Positions 1-12,308 of a DNA stretch of 64,000 nucleotides are shown here, one piece after another. The stretch is from positions 124,868,001 to 124,932,000 of the forward strand of contig OX597819.1 in assembly GCA_951406725.2 (NCBI GenBank). Reading direction: 5' to 3'. The translations under genes and the position numbers were made by a program. Source of the DNA: Octopus vulgaris (taxonomy: Eukaryota). The first letter of the stretch is position 1. Each line of letters opens with the position of its first letter. Below the pieces are notes generated by a model that had not been told where the DNA came from, ran no database searches, and worked only from the letters and a program-made list of their open reading frames with translations.

Positions 1-343
1 CACTCACATTCATTTATCCATTTTGGCTTTTATTGTAAGCGACCGTGCAGTGTATTAAAGGAGTCATTCATTCATCACCTCTCCTTTCGCAAGGTCCAAA
101 GTTTTCCTTCACTTTTTACTCGCTGTTCGCTTATAATTATGAAATGTTTTACTGAAATAAACTTTTTGGCTCACTTTGATTTTATGAATGTCAAATAGGT
201 AATTACCTATATTTGTCATAGTTTAAACCCAGATCATTGCTAATCGAGAAAGAACTTAAGAAAATTTGTTCGGTTCAATCCTGTCCCGTGCCTTACTCTA
301 ATTTCTAAAAACGGTAGTATTTGTAATTTGAAAAAGACTTGGC

Positions 344-772
344 GGATCTTTTCGGTTTGAACGGCAGTTTTTTTCCAGCGGTGTCATATGAAATTGTCAC
401 CCATAATTATGACCCTAGTATCGATCTATTGCATTTCAATCTGTTTTAGGGTTAGGGTTAGTTAGGGTTAGGGGTGGAGGAAGGGTATCTTTTTTTCTTC
501 AGAAATGTAAATAAACCCAGTCTGTTTCTTAAACGAGGGACATATTCATACGGCAGAGAATGTTTTCACCTCAATAGACGTCATTGATTGGTTGAAATTG
601 CAGAAATGGAAGAAAAAAACAATAAATATCTTACAAACTATAGAATTTTCTCAATAAAGCCAAGAGAAAAAGATGTTTTATAAACACATTCTTCAAGTAT
701 ACGAAGTTTAAAAGTGTTTAGTTACGTGGAAATTATTTAAAAAAAAAACTGCCGTTCAAACCGAAAGGATCC
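344..772. mobile_element. MITE family A (non-autonomous DNA transposon, MULE- or Merlin-like)
   Basis: TIRs of about 28 bp (GGATCTTTTCGGTTTGAACGGCAGTTTT...AAAACTGCCGTTCAAACCGAAAGGATCC); 8-bp TSD GACTTGGC at 336-343 and 773-780; internal TTAGGG repeats; other copies in the window. Confidence 0.9.
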
Positions 773-1168
773 GACTTGGCTATTATTTCTACCAATTCTG
801 GTGGTTACGCAAAAGCTCGTTGGTTTGACGAAAATAATATTGCAGTATCCATTTCCTTATGCTGCCTTCTACGCGAAACCCCTCTTTGTCCTCTCCTCAC
901 TTCACCCCCACCCACGAAATTTCCCAGTCTTTTCTTTTTCATCTCTTCACCTATTTCCCCTCTAACTCCCTTTCCCCACTCTGTTCGTTTCCCCCATTTC
1001 CTAAATATATTCCAACATAATCCCCGGTAATTAGGACCAACAGATAATCTATTCTTTTTATTTCTCGCTCCTGCCGATTCCATCCCCATTTCCTTTCTAT
1101 CTGCCCTCCTCTTTATGTCCATCCCTTCAGCCCAGCATACTAAAGTTCCGGTCTCTCTTTATACCTTA

Positions 1169-1626
1169 TACCTATTTCTTTACTACCCACAAGGGGCTAA
1201 ACACAGGGGGGACAAACAAGGACAGACAAACGGATTAAGTCGATTATATCGACCCCAGTGCGTAACTGGTACTTATTTAATCGACCCCGAAAGGGTAATT
1301 CCAAGGACAAAGAAATAAGACCCCGAAAACACGAAAGGCAAAGTCGACCTCGGCGGAATTAGAACTCAGAACGTAACGACAGATGAAATACCTATTTCTT
1401 TACTACCCACAAGGGGCTAAACACAGAGGGAACAAACAAGGACAGACAAAGGGATTAAGTCGATTACATCGACTCCAGTACGTAACTGGTACTTAATTTA
1501 TCGACCCCGAAAAGATGAAAGGCAAAGTCGACCTCGGCAGAATTTGAACTCAGAACATAGCGACAGACGAAATACTGCTACGCATTTCGCCCGGCGCGCT
1601 ACCGTTTCTGCCAGCTCACCTGCCTT
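1169..1626 (-). mobile_element. tRNA-derived SINE family B, tandem dimer
   Basis: Minus strand has an A-box-like AGCTGGCAGAA, a B-box GAGTTCAAATTC and a repeated ~190-bp body; many copies in the window. Confidence 0.85.
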
Positions 1627-1743
1627 AGTCTCTCTCTATATATCTTACACCTGTTCGTGCGTGTCAATGCATGCCTGTGGGTGCCTGTACGCATGTAATT
1701 GTGATGTTGCTATTTTCCTAAATATATTTTTCTCCTTCTTCCC

Positions 1744-1849
<106 letters not shown>

Positions 1850-2202
1850 TCCGTCAACACAAGAATTCACCGATTTACATTTCTATGCTACGAATATTTG
1901 GTGTTTTCGTAACCGAAAGAGCAAGAGCACCACCGAATTCTTCCATCACTTTGTTCCACCCCACCACCAACACTAACAGCAGCAGCAGCAGACCACCACC
2001 ACCACCACCACCTTCACCCCCCACCACCACCAAAACTTCTCCAACGCCATTATTGAAGTGGCTCTGGATTAAAATCAACACTCACCAAACTGAGCCGCCC
2101 GCTTACTTTGATTTATTATCCATCTCTCTGTATATCTTCCATTTCGCGTATTTGTTTCTAGCTTTTTCCCCTTTCCCCATTCATCTCTATACCTCCATCT
2201 TT

Positions 2203-2478
2203 CACACTCACACACACACACACTCACAGACACACACACACACACGCGCACAGACACACGCACGCACAGACACATACACGCACGCACACACACACACACA
2301 CACAGACACACGCACGCACAGACACACACACACACGCACGCACAGACACACACACGCACACAGACACACACACGCACAGACACACACACGCACAGACACA
2401 CACACGCACACACGCACACACTCACACCACACACACACACACACACAGAGTCACACACACTCTCTCTCTCTCTCTCTC
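2203..2478. repeat. Compound (CA)n/(CACG)/(CT)n microsatellite
   Basis: Seen directly; source of the spurious HT/CV ORFs. Confidence 0.95.
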
Positions 2479-2701
2479 CCTCTCCTTGTTTATCTTACTG
2501 TCCCCGTCCCCTTGTCCACTAATCACCATGTACTCTAGCGATACACCATCTCGAATACAAGTTGCATAGATAACAACAACAAAAAAACCCCACGACAAAC
2601 GAACACAAAAAAAAAAACTCTACGTAGGAAATAGTTGATTGTTTTGGTCCAGGGTCATCATAATTCCACTACAACGGAATGGAATTAACGGCTGAGAGCA
2701 A

Positions 2702-2722
2702 ATGAAAACAATGACGAGTCAG
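2702..2722 (+). CDS. Candidate first coding exon (MKTMTSQ)
   Basis: ATG in frame with a perfect donor CAG|GTAAGT at 2722/2723; phase 0, compatible with the phase-0 exons downstream; non-repeat context; link to those exons is unproven. Confidence 0.25.
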
Positions 2723-2884
2723 GTAAGTGCCACGAAACTTAATTTTCTTTTAGCTTCTTCCTCTCAACACCTCTCATTTCTTCATCGGCAACGCTTAACC
2801 GCATTCATGCAGGGTTCGAACACTGGACCTCCGTCATTGAACCTGGCTACATAAATATACAGAGACCATTGAACTATTATATAT

Positions 2885-3236
2885 GTTTCTTTACTACCCA
2901 CAAGGGGCTAAACATTAAGGGGACATACAAGGACAGACAAACGGATTAAGTCGATTAGATCGACACCAGTGCAAAACTGGTACTTTATTTATCGACCCCG
3001 AAAGGATGAAAGGCAAAGTCGACCTCGGCGGAATTTGAACTCAGAACGTAACGACAGACGAAATACCTATTTCTTTACTACCCACAAGGGGCTAAACACA
3101 GAGGGGACAAACAAGGACAGACATAGGTATTAAGTCGATTACATCGACTCCAGTGCGTAACTGGTACTTAATTTATCGACCCCGAAAGGATGACAGACGA
3201 AATACTGCTAAGCATTTCTACCAGTTCGCCGCCTTC
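2885..3236 (-). mobile_element. SINE family B, tandem dimer
   Basis: Same body as 1169-1626, with the internal junction GAAATAC/CTATTTC at about 3066. Confidence 0.85.
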
Positions 3237-3764
3237 CACTGAACTATTATATATCTTAAGCTAAGATATTTAACGTCCTTCCTGTGAAATTCTGAGGTTT
3301 AAACTTGCTGGTACTCCACTTCGCCTTTAACACTCTGCAGCGATGTGGAGCATACCCGTAATATACTGGTGTAACTGACTCAATAGTTTTTTCTTATAAA
3401 ATTTTAGAGTGCAAATGAAAGAAAGAATACAATGAAAGGGTGAAGAATAAAACATGCCCCTACCAAATATTGTTATTAGTGTTGTTATTGTTGTTGTGGT
3501 TGTTTTTCTTAACAGGTTTTGCGATTTTGTAGTGTGATATTTTATTGTATAGAGTAGTGCAGTGTATTATATGTTTCGAGTAATGTAGGTGGTTGAGTAT
3601 AGTATAAGGCATCGAGCTGGAAAAATCTTTAGAATGTCGAAGATTTGCATAAATCGTTCCAGTTCCATGCGCAGTGGGTTCACACCACACTAAAGCCAAC
3701 TTTACTTTTCATTCTTTTTGGGTCCGCTAAATATACTCACAGTTAACTAATGAAGCTCATTAGA

Positions 3765-4196
3765 GCACAAACAAGGACAGACAAAGGGATTAAGTCTTAC
3801 CCAACCTACCTGTCTGTCTCTCTTCACTGGTTGTACCTGCAATTCAAAGGTCCAGCTTTGTCACATTGTCAAACTCGAATTTTGAACTCAGAAAGTAACG
3901 GCAGACGAAATACCGTTCAGCATTTCGTCCGGTGTGCTAACGTTTCTGCCAGTTCACCGCCTTATGGAATACCTATTTCTTTACTACCCACAAGGGGCTA
4001 AACACAGAGAGGACAAACAAGGACAGACAAACGGTTTAAGTCGATTATATCGACCCCAGGGCTGGTACTTAATTTATCGACCCCGAAAGGATGAAAGGTA
4101 AAATCGACCTCGGCGGAATTTTGAACTCAGAACATAACGGCAGACGAAATACGGCTACGCATTTCGCCCAGCGTGCTAACGATTCTGCCAGCTCGT
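3765..4196 (-). mobile_element. SINE family B copies (one rearranged, one near-complete)
   Basis: Sequence identity to the other family B copies. Confidence 0.8.
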
Positions 4197-4481
4197 GGTT
4201 AGTTAATGCCATCGACCTCAATACTTGACTGATACATGGACGAAAAGCAAAGTTGGCCACGGTGGGATTTGAACGCTGGTGTATATATAAGTGTCAATTT
4301 TTATCGAGAAGACTCGTCATGTTCAAAGTATTGCTATGTTCATGTCTCAGCACGCCGGTCAAAATGCTTAGTGACATTTCGTCCGTCTTTACTCCCTCGA
4401 GTTTGCTGGCCTTGTACTAAAATTCGAAACCAATATGTTCATACCTCAAAATATTTCTTTATACAAAGCTGTTTTGAATTT

Positions 4482-4873
4482 AGGAGTGGCTGTCTGGTAA
4501 GTAGCTTGCTAACCAACTACATGGTCCCGGGTTCAGTCCCACTGCGTGGTATCTTGGGCAAGTGTCTTCTGCTATAGCCCCGGGCTGACCAATGCTTTGT
4601 GAGTGGATTTGGTAGACGGAAACTGAAAGAAGCCTGTCGTATATATGTATATATATATGTATGTGTGTTTGTGTGTCTGTGTTTGTCCCCCTAGCATTGC
4701 TTGACAACCGATGCTGGTGTGTTTACGTCCCCGTCACTCAGCATGCCGGTCAAAATGCTTAGTGACATTTCGTCCGTCTTTACTCCCTCGAGTTTGCTGG
4801 CCTTGTACTAAAATTCGAAACCAATATGTTCATAGTCAAAATGACTGAAACAAGTAAAAGAGTAAAAGAGTAA
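4482..4873 (+). mobile_element. tRNA-derived SINE family A with an internal templated replacement
   Basis: A-box-like GTGGCTGTCTGGTAAG, B-box GGGTTCAGTCCC, CORE-like TTGGGCAAGTGTCTT, (AGTAAAAG)n tail. Confidence 0.85.
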
Positions 4874-5189
4874 AGGTATTACGTAAGTTATGCGTCCTGA
4901 AAAAGTTGCCGTAAATCCCGTGGCGCGAAATCAATTTTTCGATTAGTTTTCATCTTAATGATAACAATAATCCGTTTCCCTAAAGCGAATCAATTTTTTA
5001 ATTGGTTTTCCCGTTACAATGGTAATGCGTTCTGACAAATAGTTCCGAGAAAAAAAACTACAAATAAAAACAAGCAATACCAGCGCATTAATGCATGGAA
5101 ATAATTTCTTATGCATAATACGATATGAATACAAAATAACATTTGAAGTGAAATACCTTGAAGTATTATATAATAATCGTAATATTATA

Positions 5190-5973
5190 TATTTCTTTAC
5201 CACCCACAAGGGGCTAAACACAGAGAGGACAAACAAGGACAGACAAATGGAATTAAGTCGATTACATCGACCCCAGTGCGTAACTGGTACTTATTTAATC
5301 GACCCCGAAAGGATGAAAGGCAAAGCCGACCTCGGCGGAATTTGAACTCAGAACGTAGCGGCAGACGAAATACCTATTTCTTTACAACCCACAAGGGGCT
5401 AAACACAGAGGGGACAAACAAGGACAGACAAATGGAATTAAGTCGATTACATCGACCCCAGTGCGTAACTGGTACTTAATTTATCGACCTCGAAAGGATG
5501 AAAGGCAAAGCCGACCTCAGCGGAATTTGAACTCAGACGTAGCGACAGACGAAATACCTATTTCTTTACAACCCACAAGGGGCTAAACACAGAGGGGACA
5601 AACAAGGACAGACAAATGGAATTAAGTCGATTACATCGACCCCAGTGCGTAACTGGTACTTATTTAATCGACCCCGAAAGGATGAAAGGCAAAGCCGACC
5701 TCGGCGGAATTTGAACTCAGAACGTAGCGGCAGACAAAATATCTATTTCTTTACTACCCACAAGGGGCTAAACAGAGAGGACAAACAAGGACAGACACAC
5801 GGATTAAGTCGATTACATCGACCCCAGTGCGTAACTGGTACTTAATTTATCGACCCCGAAAGGATGAAAGGCGAAGTCAACCTCGGCGGAATTTGAACTC
5901 AGAACGTAGCGACAAACGGAATACGGCTACGCATTTCGCCCGGCGTGCTAACGATTCTGCCAGCTCGCCGCCT
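5190..5973 (-). mobile_element. SINE family B, four-unit concatemer
   Basis: Four ~185-bp head-to-tail units; only the rightmost carries the A-box head. Confidence 0.9.
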
Positions 5974-6059
5974 TCTATAGTACGCTATGTCGCCGTCGTC
6001 ATCTATTGTATGCCTGCAGCGCATTGATGACATAATGAATGTCTTCCCGATTAAGAGCA

Positions 6060-6540
6060 TGTTCTCCAACTGCCTTTCCACTTTTGACTAACAAGCTTCT
6101 GATATTGTCCATTTATTGCGTTCTTTGCCTGCCACTTGATCTACTACTCTCTACTCTTCCTTCCATTTTCGAAAATGGCCATGACAGAGGAACTTTTGTC
6201 TTCTTACAATGTTCAGGAGTTACTCCCTTTCACCTACTTGCTATAACACCATTCATTTGTCCGAAGGCCCTTGTAAGAGTATCGAAGCATTGATTATATT
6301 CTCTTCAATTTTGTTCAGTGTCCATGCTTCGCAACCATAAATGCCTATCAGTCAACTGAGCGCTCGCATTAGCCTAGTTTTTAACTTGGGGCATTTTGCA
6401 GCTGCTCCAGATGTTAAGCTTTTCTATGGAGGTTCTTGCTATGGCTAGCCGTGTTCTACTTTCTTCCTTACATGTGGCTTCATCAAGAATCTAGGATCCA
6501 GGATACTTGTATCATTCAACCTATTTGAGCCTCCCACATG
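6060..6540 (-). mobile_element. Decayed RTE-clade LINE ORF2 C-terminal fragment
   Basis: Minus-strand translation gives YKYPGS..EATCKEESRTRLAIART, YGCEAWTLNK and GRQRTQ*MDNI, with stops and frameshifts. Confidence 0.65.
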
Positions 6541-6962
6541 GACTTTCAGAAAATCTGTCCCTTATATGTTGGAATTTCTCCGTTTCTGTCGGTGATTTTA
6601 CCTCTATTTTTTTAATCACGTATTGCTAAAACGAAAGCAAGCTTTTCAAAACATATCTTTTAAATGTTTTTATCCCCTCCCACCCCGCCCTACATACTCA
6701 TCGTGCCTTTGGAACAACAACAGCAACTAAACTGATATTTTTTTGTTTTTCATAATTTTCCATCATTTTATCGTATTCCACATTACGAAATATTTGTAAC
6801 TCGCATTAAAATAAAATCTTGCCCCCCCTCTTCCCCCTTTTATTGTACTTTTCACAATGAAGAAAAAGTTAAACGCCACAAGTGGATGTGTGAAAATCGA
6901 ATTTAGAATTTTGAAAGGAATATCTATAAAAGTGATAATTTCAGTTGTTTTATTTAAACTTT

Positions 6963-7378
6963 GGATCTTTTCGGTTTAAACGGCAGTTTTTTCTAGCGGT
7001 GTCATATGAAATTGTCACCCATAATTATGACCCTAGTATCGATCTATTGCATTTCAATCTATTTTAGGGTTAGGGGTGGGGGAAGGGTATCTTTTTTTCT
7101 TCAGAAATGTAAATAAATCCAATCTGTTTCTTAAACTAGAGACATATTCATACGACACAGAATGTTTTTTTTTACTTCAATAGACGTCATTGATTGATTG
7201 AAATTGCAGAAATTGAAGAAAAAAACATAAAATATCTTACAAACTATAGAATTTTCTCAAAAAGCCAAGAGAAAAAGATGTTTTATAAACACACACATTC
7301 TACCAGTATACGAAGTTTAAAAGTGTTTAATTACGTGGAAATTATTTTAAAAAACTGCCGTTCAAACAGAAAAGATCC
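6963..7378. mobile_element. MITE family A
   Basis: Same TIRs as 344-772; 8-bp TSD TAAACTTT at 6955-6962 and 7379-7386. Confidence 0.9.
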
Positions 7379-7796
7379 TAAACTTTCTCTGCTAACTCGT
7401 CAAATTCAATTACAGGCGTTTTAAGATTTAAGTTCAATTACACGGGTTTTGAGATTTAAATATGGTGATTTTTCCAAAATTTTAATTCTTGTGTATGAGG
7501 GACCCACTGAACTTGAAGTGCTCGGGGCCTCCTCTACAGTTTAAATCTGGTTCTGGTGATGATAATGGTATTAAGGATAACCATGTCGCTTTCTTATGTC
7601 AATAGTGCTGATGGTGTTGATCATTACAATGATGATGCTGTCACTGATGTTGACTTTGAGAGTGACAAAGATGACGACGACGACGACGACGATGATGATG
7701 ATGATGATAAAGAAAATAAAGATGTTCAGTATTTACACACATACATCTGTGTGCATGTTTGTGAATACTCTTGTGAACATATACATGAATGAGTGA

Positions 7797-7883
<87 letters not shown>

Positions 7884-7885
7884 TA

Positions 7886-8278
7886 CTAGCAGTATCGCCC
7901 GGCGTTGCTCGGGTTTGTAAGGGAAATAACTATATAAGCATTTTTAGAGAGTTATAGCCAAAAAATAGCAAAAAAACGCAAAAATGGAAAAAAAACGATG
8001 GTAAATTTTTTTTAAATCGTTGACTCATCGTAGACATTTTTAGAGAGTTACTTCCCTTATATAATAGCAAAAAAAATGCATTAAAATGGAAAAAATGATG
8101 GTAAATTTTTTTTTAATCGTAGACTCGTCGTAGACGCGTGCTAATACCCAGAAGGGCTCGATATGAATCACGACTATAAGATACCCGGTTTTGGTTAAAC
8201 TGCACCGCAAAATGTGGGAGTAGTTAGGAATCTAAATCGTAGGAGACAGACACACAACTTCACTTTTATATATAAAGA
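7886..8278 (-). mobile_element. Non-autonomous Helitron family H1
   Basis: Minus strand starts TC (TCTTTATATATAAAAG) and ends with hairpin CCCGAGCAACGCCGGG plus CTAG; inserted at A|T; no TSD. Confidence 0.85.
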
Positions 8279-8370
8279 TATATATATAACAAATTGGAGT
8301 TGTAAGGTATCGCACGAGTGGAATTATATATGAAAAAAGGTTTGAAAATGCAATTTTAAAAGATGTTTAT

Positions 8371-8416
8371 TTACTTGACCGGTTTCACTATTTTAGAAAA
8401 CGATTGTCAAAAGTAA
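8371..8416 (-). ncRNA. Degenerate minimal type I hammerhead-like motif
   Basis: TTACTT-TTGACAA-stemII-GAAA-CCGG-TC-AAGTAA; stem I and the palindromic stem III are intact, but the core deviates from CUGANGA at two positions. Confidence 0.4.
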
Positions 8417-8884
8417 CATGTAAAAGGTTTGTTGTGTTATGTACTGGTTGTCACAAAATATTACAATATATATATATATATATATACATTCTTTGATAAT
8501 AATAATAAAATGTTAAAACAGTTTACAAGGGAAAATCTTGGGAAAATATAAAAAAGTTTAACAAGTTCATTAAAATATTGGGCACAAAAGATTACAATAT
8601 ATATATCAGAGGAATATTGGTATTGTATCTGTATATATATACACAGAAAATTATAAGTTCAAAAAGGTTACATTTTATCATATATATATACTTTGTTGTA
8701 GCACTACACTATATTTGTACTTCTACCCTTACGATGCTTTATTTGGCTGGAAAGCAATACTTTTGTATTGCAATATTTAACTTTTCATTGAAAAATTTTC
8801 ACTGTTCTCGGTTCCGTTAACGGCTAGGCGTTCAGGCGAGTATACTAGTGTTGATGTTGCAACATTTGAAATATAGTCCCGGTA

Positions 8885-8959
8885 AATCTAACTGAAGAAG
8901 ACTAATCAAATTTACGATAACAAATGTATTCAAAGAGTCCGAAACCTAGGTACTAGATT
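8885..8959 (+). ncRNA. Type I hammerhead ribozyme motif (PLE pLTR type)
   Basis: AATCTA(A)-CTGAAGA-A-GACT..AGTC-C-GAAA-CCTAGG-TA-(C)TAGATT; GUA site; one mismatch at the base of stem I. Confidence 0.65.
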
Positions 8960-9062
8960 ATCCGATTCTAGGTTGTCCATTTATCTAATTTTCTTCCTAG
9001 AGGTAAGTCGAAACTTTATATGTTCGCTGTCCTCATACGTCTTTGCCAGTGAAGCTTTACTA

Positions 9063-9457
9063 TACTCTTTACTCTTTTACTTGTTTCAGTCATTTGACTG
9101 CAGCCATGCTGGAGCACCGCCTTTAGTCGAGCAAATCGACCCCAGGACTTATTCTTTGTAAGCCCAGTACTTATTCTATCGGTATCTTTTGCCGAGCCGC
9201 TAAGTGACGGGGACGTAAACATACCAGTACTGGTCGTCAAGCGATGCTAGAGGGACAAACACAGACACACAAACATACACACACACATATACATATATAT
9301 ATACATATATACGACAGGCTTCTTTCAGTTTCCGTCTACCAAATCCACTCATAAGGCTTTGGTCGGCCCGAGGCTATAGCAGAAGACACTTGCCCAAGAT
9401 GCCACGCAGTGGGACTGAACCCAGCAAGCTACTTACCACACAGCCACTCCTGCGCCT
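9063..9457 (-). mobile_element. SINE family A
   Basis: Reverse complement of the family A sequence. Confidence 0.9.
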
Positions 9458-9561
9458 AATTTATCGACTGCTATTTCCAGTAAACATTGGTGCCTTATTG
9501 TACCACTACTTTCTCTGCGTGTCTCTCTGTCTCTGTCTCTCTGTCTGTCTCTCTGTCTCTC

Positions 9562-9651
<90 letters not shown>

Positions 9652-9654
<3 letters not shown>

Positions 9655-11481
9655 ATTACATATGTGGAAAATCGGTATGTGTTTGTTTGTGGCGTTGTTA
9701 GCTAACTCTTCCTATACTGTTTTATTGATCTTGATGAAATTTAACACGTGAGTAGAACTCATGTCTGGAAACCTCGTGACATACTTATATTGTTGAAAAC
9801 ATTGATAATATGGCCCCTGGAAGGGATCTTTATATCTACCTCATATAACTAATTCTTTTAAGCACCCAGGGGAAATAAACCATAGTACTTGCACAATATT
9901 CTTTTAAACATTCAAGAGAAATATCCCATAGCACCTGCACTTACAGTTGTTTGTCTTTAGCGTAGCGATCAATATTTGATTCTCAGCGGACCTAATTCTG
10001 CATTTCACTACTGACAGTTTTCAACTGCTAAACCTTATTATTGCACTTTCTTGATACACGTACACTTTCAATGCCCATAACCCCAATAATTCAGCATTTT
10101 ACCAGTTAAAATTTATAAATGACTGTACATAAATCTTTGATTCCAGAACGTATTTAATAAGTGTGTCCCAATACAATTAACTCATACTTTGAATGCTTAA
10201 AATTCTTAACAAATGAAACCAAACTTCCACACTACATTCAGTTGGGACACCCTGTATCACTTATACTTATTTTACAAATCATAATATTTATTGCTTATTT
10301 ACAGTTCATACATTTTCATGAAACTAATGAGCCATCGAATTTAGAAATATTTTACACGTTTATGTTCGAGTACTTTCAATATTAATTTTTTGTGTGTCCA
10401 ATTTCTAATTTTTGCAGACAATATAACTTTCATACTTTACTTGATACGTGAGTAGAACTCATGTCTGGAAACCACGTGATTGTTGAAAAAAATCGATAAT
10501 AGGGCCCCTCCAATAGAGCATTCTATCTACTGCATATTACAAATATTTTATTTAAACAAACCAAGGGAAATAACCCATACCACCTGCAGCTTTTAGCGAA
10601 GAGATCAGTATTTGATTATCACAATCAGCTGACTTAATTCTGCATTTACTACTCAGTTTTGAACTGCTGAACATTATTATTGCACTTCCTTAATTTGAAT
10701 CTTAAACCTTAAAGTCTTCATTCATACGTTTCTATACATACGTACTTTTTTGAATGCCAATTACTCTGATAATTCTGCCTTTTTACAGTTACACTTTTTC
10801 CATGACAGTAGATAAATTTTGTATTCCACAACATATCTGTAGTGACTTCATGCAGGCATAGCGTGGATTCGATCCTCCATTGCCAAATTTCACTTAACAC
10901 TTCAACAATGCTTTTCTCACGGTAAAACAATAGTTTCTCTGTGAATGACAGCAGTTATAAGTTTCCCTAAGCAGAATAATGTCTTTGCCACTTGACCGTT
11001 CTAACCTGGAGATAATAGACCTCCAAAGAAATCATTTGTTCTCAACAATATGTCTATCCTTCTGGCTGCTTTTCGATAGTTATAAAAACAAGAACACCGT
11101 AAGCTAAAGGCAGTTACTGAGAGCGACCATCAGTGAGTGTGAACGTTATTATTGCACTTTCTTCATTTCATTCTTAAACATTAAACACTTCATTCATATA
11201 TTTATATACATATATACTACATTTATATATTACCTTTAATAAATTAGTCTTCATAAAGTTCTTTGAAATGCCACGACGGGTCAGAGTACTTTCTCGCCAA
11301 CCTCCAACAATCTCTCCCTCCTCCAGCTGACAGTTTTTTGTACTTTTTCGTGACAGAAAATATACCTTTTGTGGCGGTTATAACGAATTGCTTTCTTATA
11401 TCAGAGGAATAAGGCGTTTCAATAGGACATCTGTAACCTCTGGATATTACCGGGTGTTTACTGAAACTGAAACACCAGCTA

Positions 11482-11482
<1 letters not shown>
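9652..11482 (+). mobile_element. Probable non-autonomous Helitron (~1.8 kb) with internal duplication
   Basis: Starts TC after (TA)n; ends with hairpin GGTGTTT..AAACACC then CTAG into (TA)n; diverged internal repeat ~9746-10050 vs ~10445-10690. Confidence 0.6.
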
Positions 11483-11549
<67 letters not shown>

Positions 11550-11550
11550 A

Positions 11551-11594
<44 letters not shown>

Positions 11595-12179
11595 ATGATT
11601 GCTATCTGATTTTCTTTTCGTTTTCTTTCTCTAGCTTGTAGCAACTAAGTTGTATATTTGAAACACACACAGACAAATATCATGTGTATATATATATGTA
11701 CGTGGATACCTATATATGCATTTGTATATATTTATGTTTTGTCTGTATTTGGTTGTATATGTATGTAGCCATGTACCAACGCTTCTACGTTTAGTGTATA
11801 TATGTTTATATAGGTTTTTTGGTATGTGTATGTATTACTAGATGTATATGTATTTTTATGATGCTACTTCTTTGCGAATGTTTTTATTTTAAACGGACAT
11901 ATCTTTTTAATTTATAGAAATTTATTATTTTTTTACCATTAATTAATTTACTCTGGGTATACAGGTCTTTTTCCCTTTCTACTAAAGCTATTTTTTTTTT
12001 ATTTAAAGCTTTCTTTGATTTTTGTAATAATATGATTTTAAATCGTAATTGTAATTTCTTATAACCAGTAATTGAAAAGACCGTTTGCTGAAAGGACCAA
12101 TGAAACAAAACCATTTTCAAATGTGTATCTATCAAAGTAATTGTATAACGGTTATCCTTATTTTGTTCCATTCTAAACC

Positions 12180-12225
12180 AAAACTGTCCGACGAACGGGA
12201 ACGTGAAACTCTGAGTAACAGTTTT
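12180..12225 (+). ncRNA. Minimal type I hammerhead motif, U4C core variant
   Basis: AAAACTGT-CCGACGA-ACG GGAA CGT-GAAA-CTCTGAG-TA-ACAGTTTT; 8-bp stem I, 3-bp stem II, quasi-palindromic stem III, GUA site. Confidence 0.7.
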
Positions 12226-12256
12226 TGTGATGTTTTTGCAGTTTTATTAATAAAGA

Positions 12257-12308
<52 letters not shown>

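Noticed and set aside
445-475. Telomere or chromosome-fusion relic
   Set aside because: The TTAGGG units are internal to a multi-copy MITE
5190-5973. Regularly spaced repeats resembling a CRISPR array
   Set aside because: The units are whole SINE bodies with no unique spacers; there are no cas genes and the context is eukaryotic
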